DNA of 64,000 bases, from IMG/VR virus record IMGVR_UViG_3300029288_000067, positions 1 to 64,000 of that record; one strand, given 5' to 3'. This DNA comes from a virus (lineage: Duplodnaviria > Caudoviricetes). The translations under genes and the position numbers were made by a program. Under the pieces are notes generated by a model, which worked only from the letters and a program-made list of their open reading frames with translations, did not search any database and was not told the origin of the DNA. Positions 1-9,568 of this stretch are shown in pieces (within the stretch, counting starts at the first letter, position 1; the number at the start of each line of letters is the position of its first letter).

Positions 1-18
1 GTCGCGGCTGCTGGCAAT

Positions 19-318
19 ATGCGAGTAGAGGATAACAACAGTCTCAATCAAACCGAAATCAAAGAAGTCACTGCAAGTTTAAGATTTGCGGATCTGTCCA
101 ACAAAGCTATTGCAGACTATTTGTTGGAAAAGGGTTTGTCCGATGCACAGGCAACAGACAAGTTGGATTCCGAAATTTCTGAAAAAGCACGAAAAAATGA
201 AATCTTGGCTATTATGAAATATATGCAAAATTCAAACAACGGGCCATTACAACACCTTCGACCTATGGCAAGAAAAATGAGAGAAAACCCAGAAAAAGAT
301 GAATTTTCTTGGGACTAA
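19..318 (+). CDS. hypothetical protein (may be 5'-partial)
   Basis: ORF track; co-oriented with the downstream terminase block. Confidence 0.55.
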   Translation: MRVEDNNSLNQTEIKEVTASLRFADLSNKAIADYLLEKGLSDAQATDKLDSEISEKARKNEILAIMKYMQNSNNGPLQHLRPMARKMRENPEKDEFSWD

Positions 319-333
319 CAAAGGAAAGAAATT

Positions 334-948
334 ATGATTCCGCGAGACGATGTTTTTTCATTGGATGAGAAGAATCCCTTCGTGATTGATGACAAGAAAA
401 TCGGGGAGAGTCTGGATAAAGCAGTAAAAGAAAAAGAAATTGATCCTAAGACTCAGGCAATTATTGATGCTTTTTTGGCTGATCTCGGGCGACTGAATGA
501 CCCCAATGTAACATACAATGAAAAATTGGATTTGATCATCGATCTCAAAACCCGAATTGTTCCTATTGTTTTTGCGGAATTATTTCAAGAAAAGCCAAAT
601 GCTGATATCTCTTTGATTGCTTCCCGGGCATCCTTCGCACTGAAAGAAGCTGCCTCCATTATTATCAAAAAGAGAGAAACAGAGGTTACGGATGATATCA
701 ATCCTTATTCTCCTAAATTTCAAAAAGCTTTCTTTATGTTCATCGAATTGTTTCATAAGGTAATGATGGAGAACGGGGCAGATGAAATCATGATCAACAA
801 TGTTTTCGGATCCCTCTCCAGGGTTTTATTGGGCTGGGAAGAACAAGTAGTAAAGTCTTTGAAATCAGTATCCAGTAAAGCTTTGGAAAAAATTGAGAAT
901 CCATTTATTGCCAAGTTCAAGGATTCTCTGAAAGAACCAACGAAGTGA
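334..948 (+). CDS. hypothetical alpha-helical protein (possible terminase small subunit, by position only)
   Basis: 204-aa ORF with AAGGA RBS; no diagnostic motif; lies upstream of terL. Confidence 0.5.
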   Translation: MIPRDDVFSLDEKNPFVIDDKKIGESLDKAVKEKEIDPKTQAIIDAFLADLGRLNDPNVTYNEKLDLIIDLKTRIVPIVFAELFQEKPNADISLIASRASFALKEAASIIIKKRETEVTDDINPYSPKFQKAFFMFIELFHKVMMENGADEIMINNVFGSLSRVLLGWEEQVVKSLKSVSSKALEKIENPFIAKFKDSLKEPTK

Positions 949-952
949 GCTT

Positions 953-1156
953 ATGTATAATGCAATGCGAAGAGACTTTCATCGTGTCTTCATATTTGTT
1001 AGAGAAAAAAACAGAACATTACCCCTTTTAGAAACAGAATGGGGAAAAGCTTGGTTCAGTAAGATTCAAGAGAACCCCAGTAAAGAAAATGAATTGTTCT
1101 TGGATATGAACTCGGATTACCATATACAGAAAATGTCCTCGGAAGATTTTATTTGA
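953..1156 (+). CDS. hypothetical protein
   Basis: ORF track, tight operon packing. Confidence 0.55.
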   Translation: MYNAMRRDFHRVFIFVREKNRTLPLLETEWGKAWFSKIQENPSKENELFLDMNSDYHIQKMSSEDFI

Positions 1157-1166
1157 GAGGTATCGT

Positions 1167-1391
1167 ATGATTAAAAAATTGAATGTAACTGCACAACATC
1201 AGTTTAAGAATAAAATCACTGTGGAAATATCTTACATGCATGATGAATCCGTATCCCCGCATGTTGCACAGGAAGATATTTTGGAACACATCCCAGAAGT
1301 ATTAGGTTCAGCCAGCATCACGGATGTAAGAATCATCCAAGGTCTGTTAGATAAGAATGACAGTCTTATAAAAACCCCGGATAAAAAGTAA
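1167..1391 (+). CDS. hypothetical protein
   Basis: GAGG RBS; TAATG overlap with next gene. Confidence 0.6.
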   Translation: MIKKLNVTAQHQFKNKITVEISYMHDESVSPHVAQEDILEHIPEVLGSASITDVRIIQGLLDKNDSLIKTPDKK

Positions 1392-1906
1392 TGAACAAAA
1401 CAGATAAGACGTTGGCACAGTTATTGGAAGATTTTCAACTGGATGTCCCTCTTGAAGAATTCAAAATGGGGATACAGGTTGAAAAAGAACATACAGAATC
1501 CGGACCCCGAAAAGGGATGTATGCGGTTATTCCCAACAAACTTCTTTTCATTGCTCGAATTGCTGCAGCCCACCTTGCAGAACTCCCAGATTATTATACC
1601 CGGCTGAAAGAAATGGAAGCACAGGGGAAGAAAGAAGCCTCTACCAGTTCTGGGGATGTTGTAAATGAAAATGGGTCCACACACGAAGAAGTATTGCACA
1701 GAACCGGGAAACCATTTGAAGATTCCCGCCTCGATAAGCTTCGGAGCCAAATGTCCGAATCATTGAATTATTTGCAAAACAAATTAATTCCAGAGTCCAA
1801 AAAACACCCCAAGGTATTTTCCCCTTTGAAAGAGTTTAAAGAGGTTTTGGAAACAACCATTTTAACCCTGGATGAAGTATTGTTAGCCTTTAAAGAGAAT
1901 CAATAG
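1391..1906 (+). CDS. DUF5661-like phage protein
   Basis: GIQVEKEHT...IAAAHLAELPDYYTRLKEME matches the G.xVExEH / HL.E.PDYY.RL pattern common in large phages. Confidence 0.7.
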   Translation: MNKTDKTLAQLLEDFQLDVPLEEFKMGIQVEKEHTESGPRKGMYAVIPNKLLFIARIAAAHLAELPDYYTRLKEMEAQGKKEASTSSGDVVNENGSTHEEVLHRTGKPFEDSRLDKLRSQMSESLNYLQNKLIPESKKHPKVFSPLKEFKEVLETTILTLDEVLLAFKENQ

Positions 1907-1935
1907 CTCATCTGCCAAGTGTAGAAAGAGTAACG

Positions 1936-1967
1936 AAATCGCTCAGAAATGGGCGATTTCAGCTTTT
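1936..1967 (+). terminator. intrinsic terminator-like hairpin
   Basis: GAAATCGCTCA-GAAA-TGGGCGATTTC followed by AGCTTTT. Confidence 0.5.
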
Positions 1968-2004
1968 ATACACAACATAGAATCTTCAATATAAAGCAAA
2001 CATA

Positions 2005-3948
2005 TTGGAGATCCATACATTGGACGAATTAAATTTATCCAGTTTTACTAAAACATTCGGCAAAAACAATACAAAATACTCTATTATTGAGTTTGCTGAA
2101 AAGAAATCCTGTTTGGATATAAAGCTATTACCCCAACAAAGGTTTTTATTAAAAATTTTTGATAAATGTGTTTTAGATGATACTGTCAAAGATATTTTAG
2201 TAAAAGACAAATTTGGGGAACATGTTCTGTTTTCTTTCACAGAAAAAGGATTTTATGAATTCTTGTACAAAGAGGGCAGAATTTCTTTAGACTATGATAC
2301 TTACATGAATACAGATATTGTCTCTATTGTTTTATGTGCTGGTCGTGGTGCCACGAAGACAACAACAATTAGTCTTTATACTGCATACAAGTTGTACGAA
2401 ATTTTATGTCATTATTGCCCACAAGACTATTTCGGGATTTTATCTCATGATAGCATTGATATCTCTATTATCTCTTTGGGAGAGGCCAATGCTACGGAAT
2501 TATTTGGTCGATTAAATAATTTAATAACAAAAGCTTCTTTTTTTAAACCATATATTTTATCAGAACCCTTACAAGGGGAGCTAAGAATTTGGACACAGGC
2601 TGATTTAGATAAGATAAAGGGATTTCTTGCAAACCCCCCAGCACATTCAAATTCTTTAAAAGTATCCGCAAAACCCTGTACTCCCGGATTACGCGGAGCA
2701 AACAGAAGTCAAGTTATTTTGGAAGAAATAGCCTTTTTTAATAACTCGGCATCTTCTACCCGTGAAATCCCATTAGATGAACAAATTTATCGTGCGGTAA
2801 CTCCATCTGTTGCTCGTTTTAAATACCCAGATAACAGTCCGTTCGGGAAAGTATTGATGATTTCTTCCCCAGGAGCAAAAACAGGTAAATTTTATAATGC
2901 ATTTGAGAGTGCTTTTAAACTAGGAACAAAATCGGGATCTCTAGCAATACACGCCCCTACTTGGTATTTAAATAGCAATCTTTCAAAGGCTTTCTATATT
3001 TCAGAATACAACTCAAACCCGAAAGCTTATCAACAAGAATATGCAGCGGAATTTGGAAATTCTGAATCAACATGGATACCGGATGATCGTCCAATTTTTA
3101 GAGCTTTTGATACATCATTAAATCAATCTCAACCATATGGTAGGGTGGATCATATTTATTTTGCTGGATTTGATTTTGCTTTTTCCGGAGATGGTTCCGC
3201 ATCTGCAATATCACATTTTGAAAAAGAGTACGTAGAAATTCCAGAGAATTTTGTTCCAGAGGTTGCAGCATATTATCCAGATCTTATGAAAGAACTTGAA
3301 GAGAATAACGGAAAAATATTGTCCCCCAAATATGTTGTGGATTATTTTGAAGTTAGATACGCGGGGCAAGGCATATACGAGCATTATCCAGTAATGCCTG
3401 TTGAAGGTAAAGATGGTATTATTGATTGGGTTTTAACATTGTATAAAAGGTACCAAATTCGTATTGGAATTTTTGATCAATTTAGCGGGGCGGTTTTAAC
3501 TGAAATATTTCAACAAAAAGGGTTGAGATCCATAAAACAGGTTCCACATACAGCCCAATTAAATGATGCACATTATAAAAATTTTCTATTCCTTTTGAAT
3601 TCTAATTTACTGAAGATGGCATATAGTCCCGAGTTTATGAAAGAACTTAAAAGTTTAAGAGAATCTAGGGTCGGTAGTGGTTATTTAAAGGTAGATCATC
3701 CGGCAGGGGGACATAATGACTTATTTTCTGCCGTCATTCGATCTTTGTATCTCTGTTGGGCATATGTGACTAAGAATAAAAATGTCATATCTAATATGGG
3801 CATCCTTTATTCCGGGGGGGATTTTAAATCAAGTATTTTGAACTCCGGAAAAGTTGCAAGACATTTGGAAAATATTAAAAATGGAATGCACAATAATCAT
3901 GGGTCATTAAGAAATCCAAAAAACATGTTCCCCAATCGAATGAAATAG
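2005..3948 (+). CDS. terL: terminase large subunit
   Basis: Adenine-binding LLPQQ, Walker A AGRGATKTT, GLRG...VILEE Walker B variant, motif III MISSPG, nuclease FAGFDFA...DGSA and GHNDLFSA. Confidence 0.9.
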   Translation: MEIHTLDELNLSSFTKTFGKNNTKYSIIEFAEKKSCLDIKLLPQQRFLLKIFDKCVLDDTVKDILVKDKFGEHVLFSFTEKGFYEFLYKEGRISLDYDTYMNTDIVSIVLCAGRGATKTTTISLYTAYKLYEILCHYCPQDYFGILSHDSIDISIISLGEANATELFGRLNNLITKASFFKPYILSEPLQGELRIWTQADLDKIKGFLANPPAHSNSLKVSAKPCTPGLRGANRSQVILEEIAFFNNSASSTREIPLDEQIYRAVTPSVARFKYPDNSPFGKVLMISSPGAKTGKFYNAFESAFKLGTKSGSLAIHAPTWYLNSNLSKAFYISEYNSNPKAYQQEYAAEFGNSESTWIPDDRPIFRAFDTSLNQSQPYGRVDHIYFAGFDFAFSGDGSASAISHFEKEYVEIPENFVPEVAAYYPDLMKELEENNGKILSPKYVVDYFEVRYAGQGIYEHYPVMPVEGKDGIIDWVLTLYKRYQIRIGIFDQFSGAVLTEIFQQKGLRSIKQVPHTAQLNDAHYKNFLFLLNSNLLKMAYSPEFMKELKSLRESRVGSGYLKVDHPAGGHNDLFSAVIRSLYLCWAYVTKNKNVISNMGILYSGGDFKSSILNSGKVARHLENIKNGMHNNHGSLRNPKNMFPNRMK

Positions 3949-4778
3949 GTGGTTTTTAAAAAGATAATTAAAACATAAATGGGCATTACCTTGTTGAAAT
4001 TGCTTTTAAATTCTTGGTATTGTTCTAAAGTATTATTTCTTTTTTTGAAGATAATGTGAAACATCTTATGACAGCTATCACAAAGACAGGCTCCATTAGA
4101 GGTCTCAAACCTCAGATGTTTGTGGGTTGCCCAAGAATATAAATGATGTGCTATCATTGTTTTTTCCATTAAACCACAAACATCACAACAGTTATTAAAA
4201 ATGTGTTTAACCTCTTTCTTCCATACATGATTCTTGTAGTAGTGTCTACGTTTTATTCTATCTTCATCACTCTTATTAAAATTCCAATTCGGGTGTTTGT
4301 CCCCAACCCATGTTTTTAATTGATCTATATGGTAACAACCACAGGATTTAATTGCACCAAAGGTTAATGCAGCCCCTTTTACAACTACTTGTTTACCACA
4401 ATTGCATATACAGTTAAAGAACCCATTCTTAATCTCATGCCTTGACACAACTAAGAGCCTATTAAATTTTTTACCCGTTAAATCATGTGCTCTTCCCTTA
4501 CAACAACAAGACTGACAGATTGTGTGTTGGATGTTTACAACCTTTTTAAAGGGCTTTTTTCGGGTCCTATTACATATGGGGCACTGAATTTCTATTTCGA
4601 TGGAGGAAGAATGAATTAAATCTTGTATTGGAACTATAAAATAATCATATAATTTAGTGTAATTATACCCCATTTTAGTATAATAAGTTATGGATGGGCC
4701 TACCCATCTCTGTTTAACCTCTTTAGTTAGAATTAGGCATTTATTGTTATTAAATAGGTTGGAAGTTTTAGGGTTCAT
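3897..4778 (-). CDS. HNH homing endonuclease with Cys-rich DNA-binding modules
   Basis: DLTGKKFNRL..CICNCGK..KSCGC module, HPNW motif, CDVCG..AHHL..NGACLCDSCHKMFH. Confidence 0.85.
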   Translation of the reverse strand: MNPKTSNLFNNNKCLILTKEVKQRWVGPSITYYTKMGYNYTKLYDYFIVPIQDLIHSSSIEIEIQCPICNRTRKKPFKKVVNIQHTICQSCCCKGRAHDLTGKKFNRLLVVSRHEIKNGFFNCICNCGKQVVVKGAALTFGAIKSCGCYHIDQLKTWVGDKHPNWNFNKSDEDRIKRRHYYKNHVWKKEVKHIFNNCCDVCGLMEKTMIAHHLYSWATHKHLRFETSNGACLCDSCHKMFHIIFKKRNNTLEQYQEFKSNFNKVMPIYVLIIFLKTTYFIRLGNMFFGFLNDP

Positions 4779-4926
4779 TTATTTCTACTTTAATTATTTT
4801 ACAGTTTTTTCCAACAAAGCGAAGATAATTACTAAGACTATCAAAGCCAAATTCTTTTGCCTTGTTTTCAAGAATTTCTTTCTCTTCCGCATTAATTCTT
4901 ATTCGAATATTATTTTCTTTTTTCAT
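4768..4926 (-). CDS. ribbon-helix-helix (MobC/CopG-like) DNA-binding protein; not in the ORF track
   Basis: Manual translation MKKENNIRIRINAEEKEILENKAKEFGFDSLSNYLRFVGKNCKIIKVEINEP (52 aa); AAGGAG RBS; alternating beta-strand IRIRI followed by two helices. Confidence 0.75.
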   Translation of the reverse strand: MKKENNIRIRINAEEKEILENKAKEFGFDSLSNYLRFVGKNCKIIKVEINEP

Positions 4927-4939
4927 ATGACTCCTTGTG

Positions 4940-4987
4940 TTACCAATGTAAATACTAATAACTAATTAATAGTATTTACATTGGTAA
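4940..4987. promoter_or_regulatory. 18-bp perfect inverted repeat between divergent genes (putative operator)
   Basis: TTACCAATGTAAATACTA (4940-4957) / TAGTATTTACATTGGTAA (4970-4987). Confidence 0.6.
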
Positions 4988-4989
4988 AT

Positions 4990-5340
4990 ATGAAGATCTA
5001 TAATATCCCATATGAATACAAGGTAATTGCCCGGAAAGAATTGAATAGTGCTGTTCATTCCGGCACAGTAAAAAGAAAGAGATACTGTGAGATTTGCCGA
5101 AGAAGTAAATCAGTTTTGTTGCAAGAATATGTGGGTATTTTGTACAAGAAAACCCCAAAACCAATACATGCTCATCACCCTAATTATCGATATCCCTTAT
5201 GGGTTTGGTGGTTGTGCAAAGATTGTCATTCCAAATTACATGCTGTACAAAGAGAAAAAGGAATTGCCTGCCTATCTTTGAACTTTGCAAAAAAATTGTT
5301 GTTGCAAAGTGTTTACAAGGTTTCAGAAGTAATCCCTTGA
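4990..5340 (+). CDS. small HNH-type Zn-binding nuclease
   Basis: CEIC...IHAHHPNY..PLWVWWLCKDCH. Confidence 0.75.
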   Translation: MKIYNIPYEYKVIARKELNSAVHSGTVKRKRYCEICRRSKSVLLQEYVGILYKKTPKPIHAHHPNYRYPLWVWWLCKDCHSKLHAVQREKGIACLSLNFAKKLLLQSVYKVSEVIP

Positions 5341-5365
5341 TTGTTGGTACTGTTTGCGGTAAAAT
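5337..5365 (+). promoter_or_regulatory. sigma70-type promoter
   Basis: TTGATT-17 nt-TAAAAT upstream of ORF 5381. Confidence 0.5.
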
Positions 5366-5380
5366 ACTTCTCATCTCGCT

Positions 5381-5866
5381 ATGTTGGAGGGGCAAATGTC
5401 TTTTTTTGAGCTTAGTTTTTTCCAAGATATCCCTATTACAAAACTCCGGGTTTACCTTGTGGTTTTGGGATTTACCCGGGGGACACTTAATGGAACAGGA
5501 TCCCATTGTCATTATATTTTTGAGGCAAGAGATACGAAGGAATGTGGTAAATATCCTCGGTCTTTTCAAGTCCTTGTCCCAGAGACGGAATGTGTTGAAT
5601 CCTACCTTTCGGATGTAAAAAAGATTTTTGAATCTATACAGGAGCTTTTGCATATTCCTCTCCCAGTTTCTGTGGCCTTAGTGATGAAAGATGAAAAAGA
5701 AGAAGCGTGGTTATTTGCGACTCCAGAGATGGATTTAATTGTTCGCCCTATGAAATCTGCAAAGGAATACGGGGACGAACTTAAACCAGTGCTTCGGGGG
5801 TTGACTGCAAATGCAGTAATTTTGGATGAATTTGCAAATTTCAAAAATACAACAGGAGGAAAGTAG
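5381..5866 (+). CDS. hypothetical protein ending in a terminase Walker-B-like peptide
   Basis: C-terminus LRGLTANAVILDEFANF; true start may be ATG 5396 after GGAGG. Confidence 0.6.
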   Translation: MLEGQMSFFELSFFQDIPITKLRVYLVVLGFTRGTLNGTGSHCHYIFEARDTKECGKYPRSFQVLVPETECVESYLSDVKKIFESIQELLHIPLPVSVALVMKDEKEEAWLFATPEMDLIVRPMKSAKEYGDELKPVLRGLTANAVILDEFANFKNTTGGK

Positions 5867-5867
5867 T

Positions 5868-6062
5868 ATGTCTCTTGAGCAAGAAATGAAAGAAATACGG
5901 GAACATCTTGAATGTGTGCCTTTGAGGGGACTCCATAAATTGGTGATTTCAAAAGATACGATGTTGGTTGAAATGAATCCAGATTGTCCTAGTTGTATGA
6001 CTCTTATGGATCTGGTTTTGCTGAAGAACCTGTGGAATAATACAAACCTTTCGCAGCAGTGA
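5868..6062 (+). CDS. hypothetical protein (CxxC)
   Basis: AGGAGG RBS before ATG 5868. Confidence 0.5.
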   Translation: MSLEQEMKEIREHLECVPLRGLHKLVISKDTMLVEMNPDCPSCMTLMDLVLLKNLWNNTNLSQQ

Positions 6063-6106
6063 AAATAAAATCCCCCACAGTTTGAAAAATACTGTGGGGG
6101 ATTTTT
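6062..6106. terminator. bidirectional intrinsic terminator between convergent blocks
   Basis: AAAATCCCCCACAGT-loop-ACTGTGGGGGATTTTT with A/T tails on both sides. Confidence 0.85.
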
Positions 6107-6118
6107 ATGAAGTGAAAT

Positions 6119-7474
6119 TTATTTGGTTAAATATTCCAAATCTGCTGAAGATGTGACTGGGGCAGAGAATGAAAACCCATTGTTGAATACCAATGTTTTT
6201 TCAATATCCCCGGCTCCGGCTGTTGTAGAGAATCTTGAAATTGCTGGATGAGCAAATAAATACTTGTTATTTCTAACATCCAGATCAAAGTTAATTGTTT
6301 TTGCAAAGTCTTGCATCCAATTCGGTAACAATTGGGATACCCAAGAATCAGGGTTTTCAGAAACTCTTTTTCCCTTTTCATGTTGATACCGCTTGTTCAG
6401 GAACTTGGGAAGATTTTCAATAAAGGACATATCTTTCCCGATATTCAAGAATTTAACAGACCAGGAATCTGCAGAAGCTTTCTTCCCTGTAATGAATTGT
6501 TTTAGATCATTGGTCATGTCATCATCTTTATCCTCGAACCATTTGTTATAACACTCGGAGGAACAAAGAGGGGGTTGCCCATCATCGCCCTCTGTGACAT
6601 CCAATTTCATAGGCTTTTTGCAGACTTTGCAATAAGTGTCCACTACATTATCTTTTTTTTTACTTGCAAGAAAAGGCTTGGTGATTGTAGCAACCCCATC
6701 TGTCAATAAATCCTGAAGTACTGCCTCAGTGTTTTGTGGGGCAAGAGACTTGAAGAAGTAATCTACAAAACGATCAAAATTGAAAGATCGTTCTTGGGAA
6801 GGAGTCGGAGAGTCTTTTTGTTCAAAAATTTTCAAACTCACATTATTCCCAGTTTTCACAGCCTCGATTACTTTTCCACTTCCGGAGACTTCAAAAATCA
6901 AAGATCTGAACTTATCGATTGCACCCCGCAATTTGGAAACAACTTGTTGGAATTGATTCAAGCGATCCTGCAAGGCCCCGGCTTCTACCGCAGTCTTTTT
7001 CTTTGCAGAATCTGCTTCCATCTTATTTCGAAATTTTTCTTCGGACAATTCTTCGATAGGATTTTTTGCTTCCTTGAGGAAATCCGGGTCTTCTTTTCCG
7101 GCAAGATAATTCATGCAGGCTTTTGGGGATACTTTTGCAAGATGTTCATCCTCCATTCCATAATTGAGAACAACTTTCCCGCCCACCTTTTTTGCGGTTG
7201 CTTTTGCTTCACTGGGGTTGGTGAAAATTTCAGCTTCTGGGTATTCTGCAACAAACTTGCCGAAAGCATAAAATTTATCACCCTTCATTACAACATATTT
7301 TTTACCAACTGCGGCATCCTTGGGAAAAGGTTTCTTTGTGTCAGGGTATTTGTCTTCTTGTACGACCAGAGATGGATCCTCTTTATTTTTCTTCCGATCT
7401 TTAAAAATATCCCGCTTTTTATCATACATTGGTTTCTTAGAAGACAAATATTTGATAGCATCAATTGTTGACAT
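6119..7474 (-). CDS. hypothetical Lys/Ala-rich modular protein (possibly virion-associated)
   Basis: 451-aa ORF; CKVC...CSSEC Zn motif; no catalytic motif recognised. Confidence 0.6.
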   Translation of the reverse strand: MSTIDAIKYLSSKKPMYDKKRDIFKDRKKNKEDPSLVVQEDKYPDTKKPFPKDAAVGKKYVVMKGDKFYAFGKFVAEYPEAEIFTNPSEAKATAKKVGGKVVLNYGMEDEHLAKVSPKACMNYLAGKEDPDFLKEAKNPIEELSEEKFRNKMEADSAKKKTAVEAGALQDRLNQFQQVVSKLRGAIDKFRSLIFEVSGSGKVIEAVKTGNNVSLKIFEQKDSPTPSQERSFNFDRFVDYFFKSLAPQNTEAVLQDLLTDGVATITKPFLASKKKDNVVDTYCKVCKKPMKLDVTEGDDGQPPLCSSECYNKWFEDKDDDMTNDLKQFITGKKASADSWSVKFLNIGKDMSFIENLPKFLNKRYQHEKGKRVSENPDSWVSQLLPNWMQDFAKTINFDLDVRNNKYLFAHPAISRFSTTAGAGDIEKTLVFNNGFSFSAPVTSSADLEYLTK

Positions 7475-7518
7475 ACAAAGTCCTTTTAATAAATAGTAAA
7501 CGTTCTAATAAGGCGATT

Positions 7519-7830
7519 TTATTTCTTTTTTACCACATCGTTCAATTTGAAGTTTGTATGCTTATTGATGGTGAGGATCTCCAAGAAATTTTCAATTGTA
7601 TGGATTTCTGTTAAAGAGTCCTTTTTTTCAACACCCACCAAATACCCCTTAACGGATGCCTCCTCGGATTTACCGGCAAGCTTCAAGATATCTTTCCCAA
7701 TAAAAGTAAACCCCTCTCCGTTGTCCGGGGAGATATCCAACTCATAGATGGTCTTGTGTTTTAAGAAAACAGCCTTTTCAACACGATGAGAGTTCAAGGG
7801 CTCCTCAATAACTCTTAACTCAATCCACAT
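7519..7830 (-). CDS. hypothetical protein
   Basis: ORF track; resembles the adjacent 7820-8206 ORF (IELR..G.(D/E)IL..A..YLVG..N.LEI), probable tandem paralog. Confidence 0.6.
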   Translation of the reverse strand: MWIELRVIEEPLNSHRVEKAVFLKHKTIYELDISPDNGEGFTFIGKDILKLAGKSEEASVKGYLVGVEKKDSLTEIHTIENFLEILTINKHTNFKLNDVVKKK

Positions 7831-8206
7831 AAGTAACCCCTTTCAACAAGAGTCTTGTGAGAGATGTAATTTCCAGAATATTTTGAAATGTGCTGAAAAT
7901 AAAGACATCCTCTTTTTCTGGGTTTACAGGGTCTTCAATAATACCCACAAGATATGTAGTGATTCTTTGCCAGTCCCTTGTGAATTTTTTCAACTCTATT
8001 AATTTCTTACCGCGAATTTTTCGAAAGGACTTTTTTGCGGCATTCAGGATTTCTTGTCCTGTAATATACAGTTCAGCCTTTTCATCCGTTGTTTGAATAA
8101 GGTTAATAATTGTTTTGAATTCATGTCGTAAAAAGAATCGAATATTTGTACTTTTTACTAGGGAATTCTGAGGGAAATCTAAGAGCATTCTCAATTCTAT
8201 TTTCAT
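7820..8206 (-). CDS. hypothetical protein
   Basis: ORF track; probable paralog of 7519-7830. Confidence 0.6.
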   Translation of the reverse strand: MKIELRMLLDFPQNSLVKSTNIRFFLRHEFKTIINLIQTTDEKAELYITGQEILNAAKKSFRKIRGKKLIELKKFTRDWQRITTYLVGIIEDPVNPEKEDVFIFSTFQNILEITSLTRLLLKGVTYVD

Positions 8207-8220
8207 ATATGCCTCTACTT

Positions 8221-8700
8221 TTAAAAAATATTCGTGGTTTCGTCTTGCAGGGAGAAAATCTTAATCTCAATATCTAAGTCCATTTTGCTGAAAATGGGGA
8301 AAGAAGATTTAATAAGCGCGGTAATGTTGGAGTAGGAGCTACCAACAACCAACCCAAAAACTTCCCCGGAGAGATAAAAGTACAACTTACCTTTTCTGTT
8401 TTGGGTGTCAATATGTGCAGAAACAAAGGTCTTAAAATTTCCTTGTTTCTTTTCAATTGCGGTTTCATTTTTGTGTAGAATCATGGAGAAGTACAATTGA
8501 ACCCAATAAATATAATCCTTAACTGTTTCAAGAATAATTTCTTGATCGTCTGTCATAGGGTTGGAAATATCTGTACAAAACTCCAACCCCTCTAATTCAA
8601 TCGATTTTTTTTCAAAACTCTTTTTAAGATCCTCTAATAGGTGTGTTCCAATATTTTCGGATCTTACTACATTGGGGTTGTTGATTAAAATATGTTTCAT
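8221..8700 (-). CDS. hypothetical protein
   Basis: ORF track; RBS present. Confidence 0.6.
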   Translation of the reverse strand: MKHILINNPNVVRSENIGTHLLEDLKKSFEKKSIELEGLEFCTDISNPMTDDQEIILETVKDYIYWVQLYFSMILHKNETAIEKKQGNFKTFVSAHIDTQNRKGKLYFYLSGEVFGLVVGSSYSNITALIKSSFPIFSKMDLDIEIKIFSLQDETTNIF

Positions 8701-8749
8701 AACTAGGTCCCTTTCTTATCTGTTTTATTTACTGCTACTTTTCCCTATT

Positions 8750-9568
8750 TCATTCCTTATTTATCAGATTGAACAAAGAAGAATATAATTCTTCCGGGTC
8801 GCAATTAGACAAACCGGCCATTTCCATACTGTTCAATTCAATTACAATAAAACCCCCTTCCTTTTTTTCTCCTACGTCAATAACAAATCCATTGGTTTTC
8901 TTGGATACAATTTTTGCAACATCTTTCACAAAAGCAATGCCCTCTTGCGAAAGAGGCTCATCGAATAAATCCGAATGAGAACTCCAATAAAATCCAGAGC
9001 AAAGAAGATTCTCTTTGTAGAAGAAGCAACGCCATTCTCTGGAAATAGGTAATCCCCGGAAGGATGTTCCAACCTGTTTTAGTGGGACATATTCTCGAAC
9101 AACAATTCCTTGTTCGGAAATAAAAGGATCATCCAGATTGTTTTTGATGACCTGTAGAAGGTTTTCTCTTCCTTCGGCATACATGTGGGTGTCCCAATTG
9201 AATTTACGGGAGTTTGTTTTTCCTTTTACAATCCATTTACCTTCGGCGAGATTGCCCCATTCGGAATATGTCTTCGGAGTGTAATCTTTCAGATCTTCGT
9301 AGTAAGCAGTAATGTCTGCAATGTATGAATACTCCAAAAATGAATTCAACATTTTGCAGTTTTTAAGCTTCAGGTCCTGTTCCAACTCGGAAAAGTAGGG
9401 GAGTGCAGAATATCGAGGAATAACAAGAGATTCAGGGGGGATCTCTCCTCGAATATTGTAGACCGGAAAATATTTTTCAGCAACTTCCGGCTCTGACTCT
9501 TCTTTGTTGTATTCCCTGTGAAAATAATTGTAACTACTGGATTTTCTAAGTAGGATTACCGGTTTCAT
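8750..9568 (-). CDS. ATP-grasp domain protein (DUF4343/R2K-like)
   Basis: IVKG..S.K, VVREYV, REWRCFF, FVIDVG...IVIELN..MAGL. Confidence 0.8.
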   Translation of the reverse strand: MKPVILLRKSSSYNYFHREYNKEESEPEVAEKYFPVYNIRGEIPPESLVIPRYSALPYFSELEQDLKLKNCKMLNSFLEYSYIADITAYYEDLKDYTPKTYSEWGNLAEGKWIVKGKTNSRKFNWDTHMYAEGRENLLQVIKNNLDDPFISEQGIVVREYVPLKQVGTSFRGLPISREWRCFFYKENLLCSGFYWSSHSDLFDEPLSQEGIAFVKDVAKIVSKKTNGFVIDVGEKKEGGFIVIELNSMEMAGLSNCDPEELYSSLFNLINKE

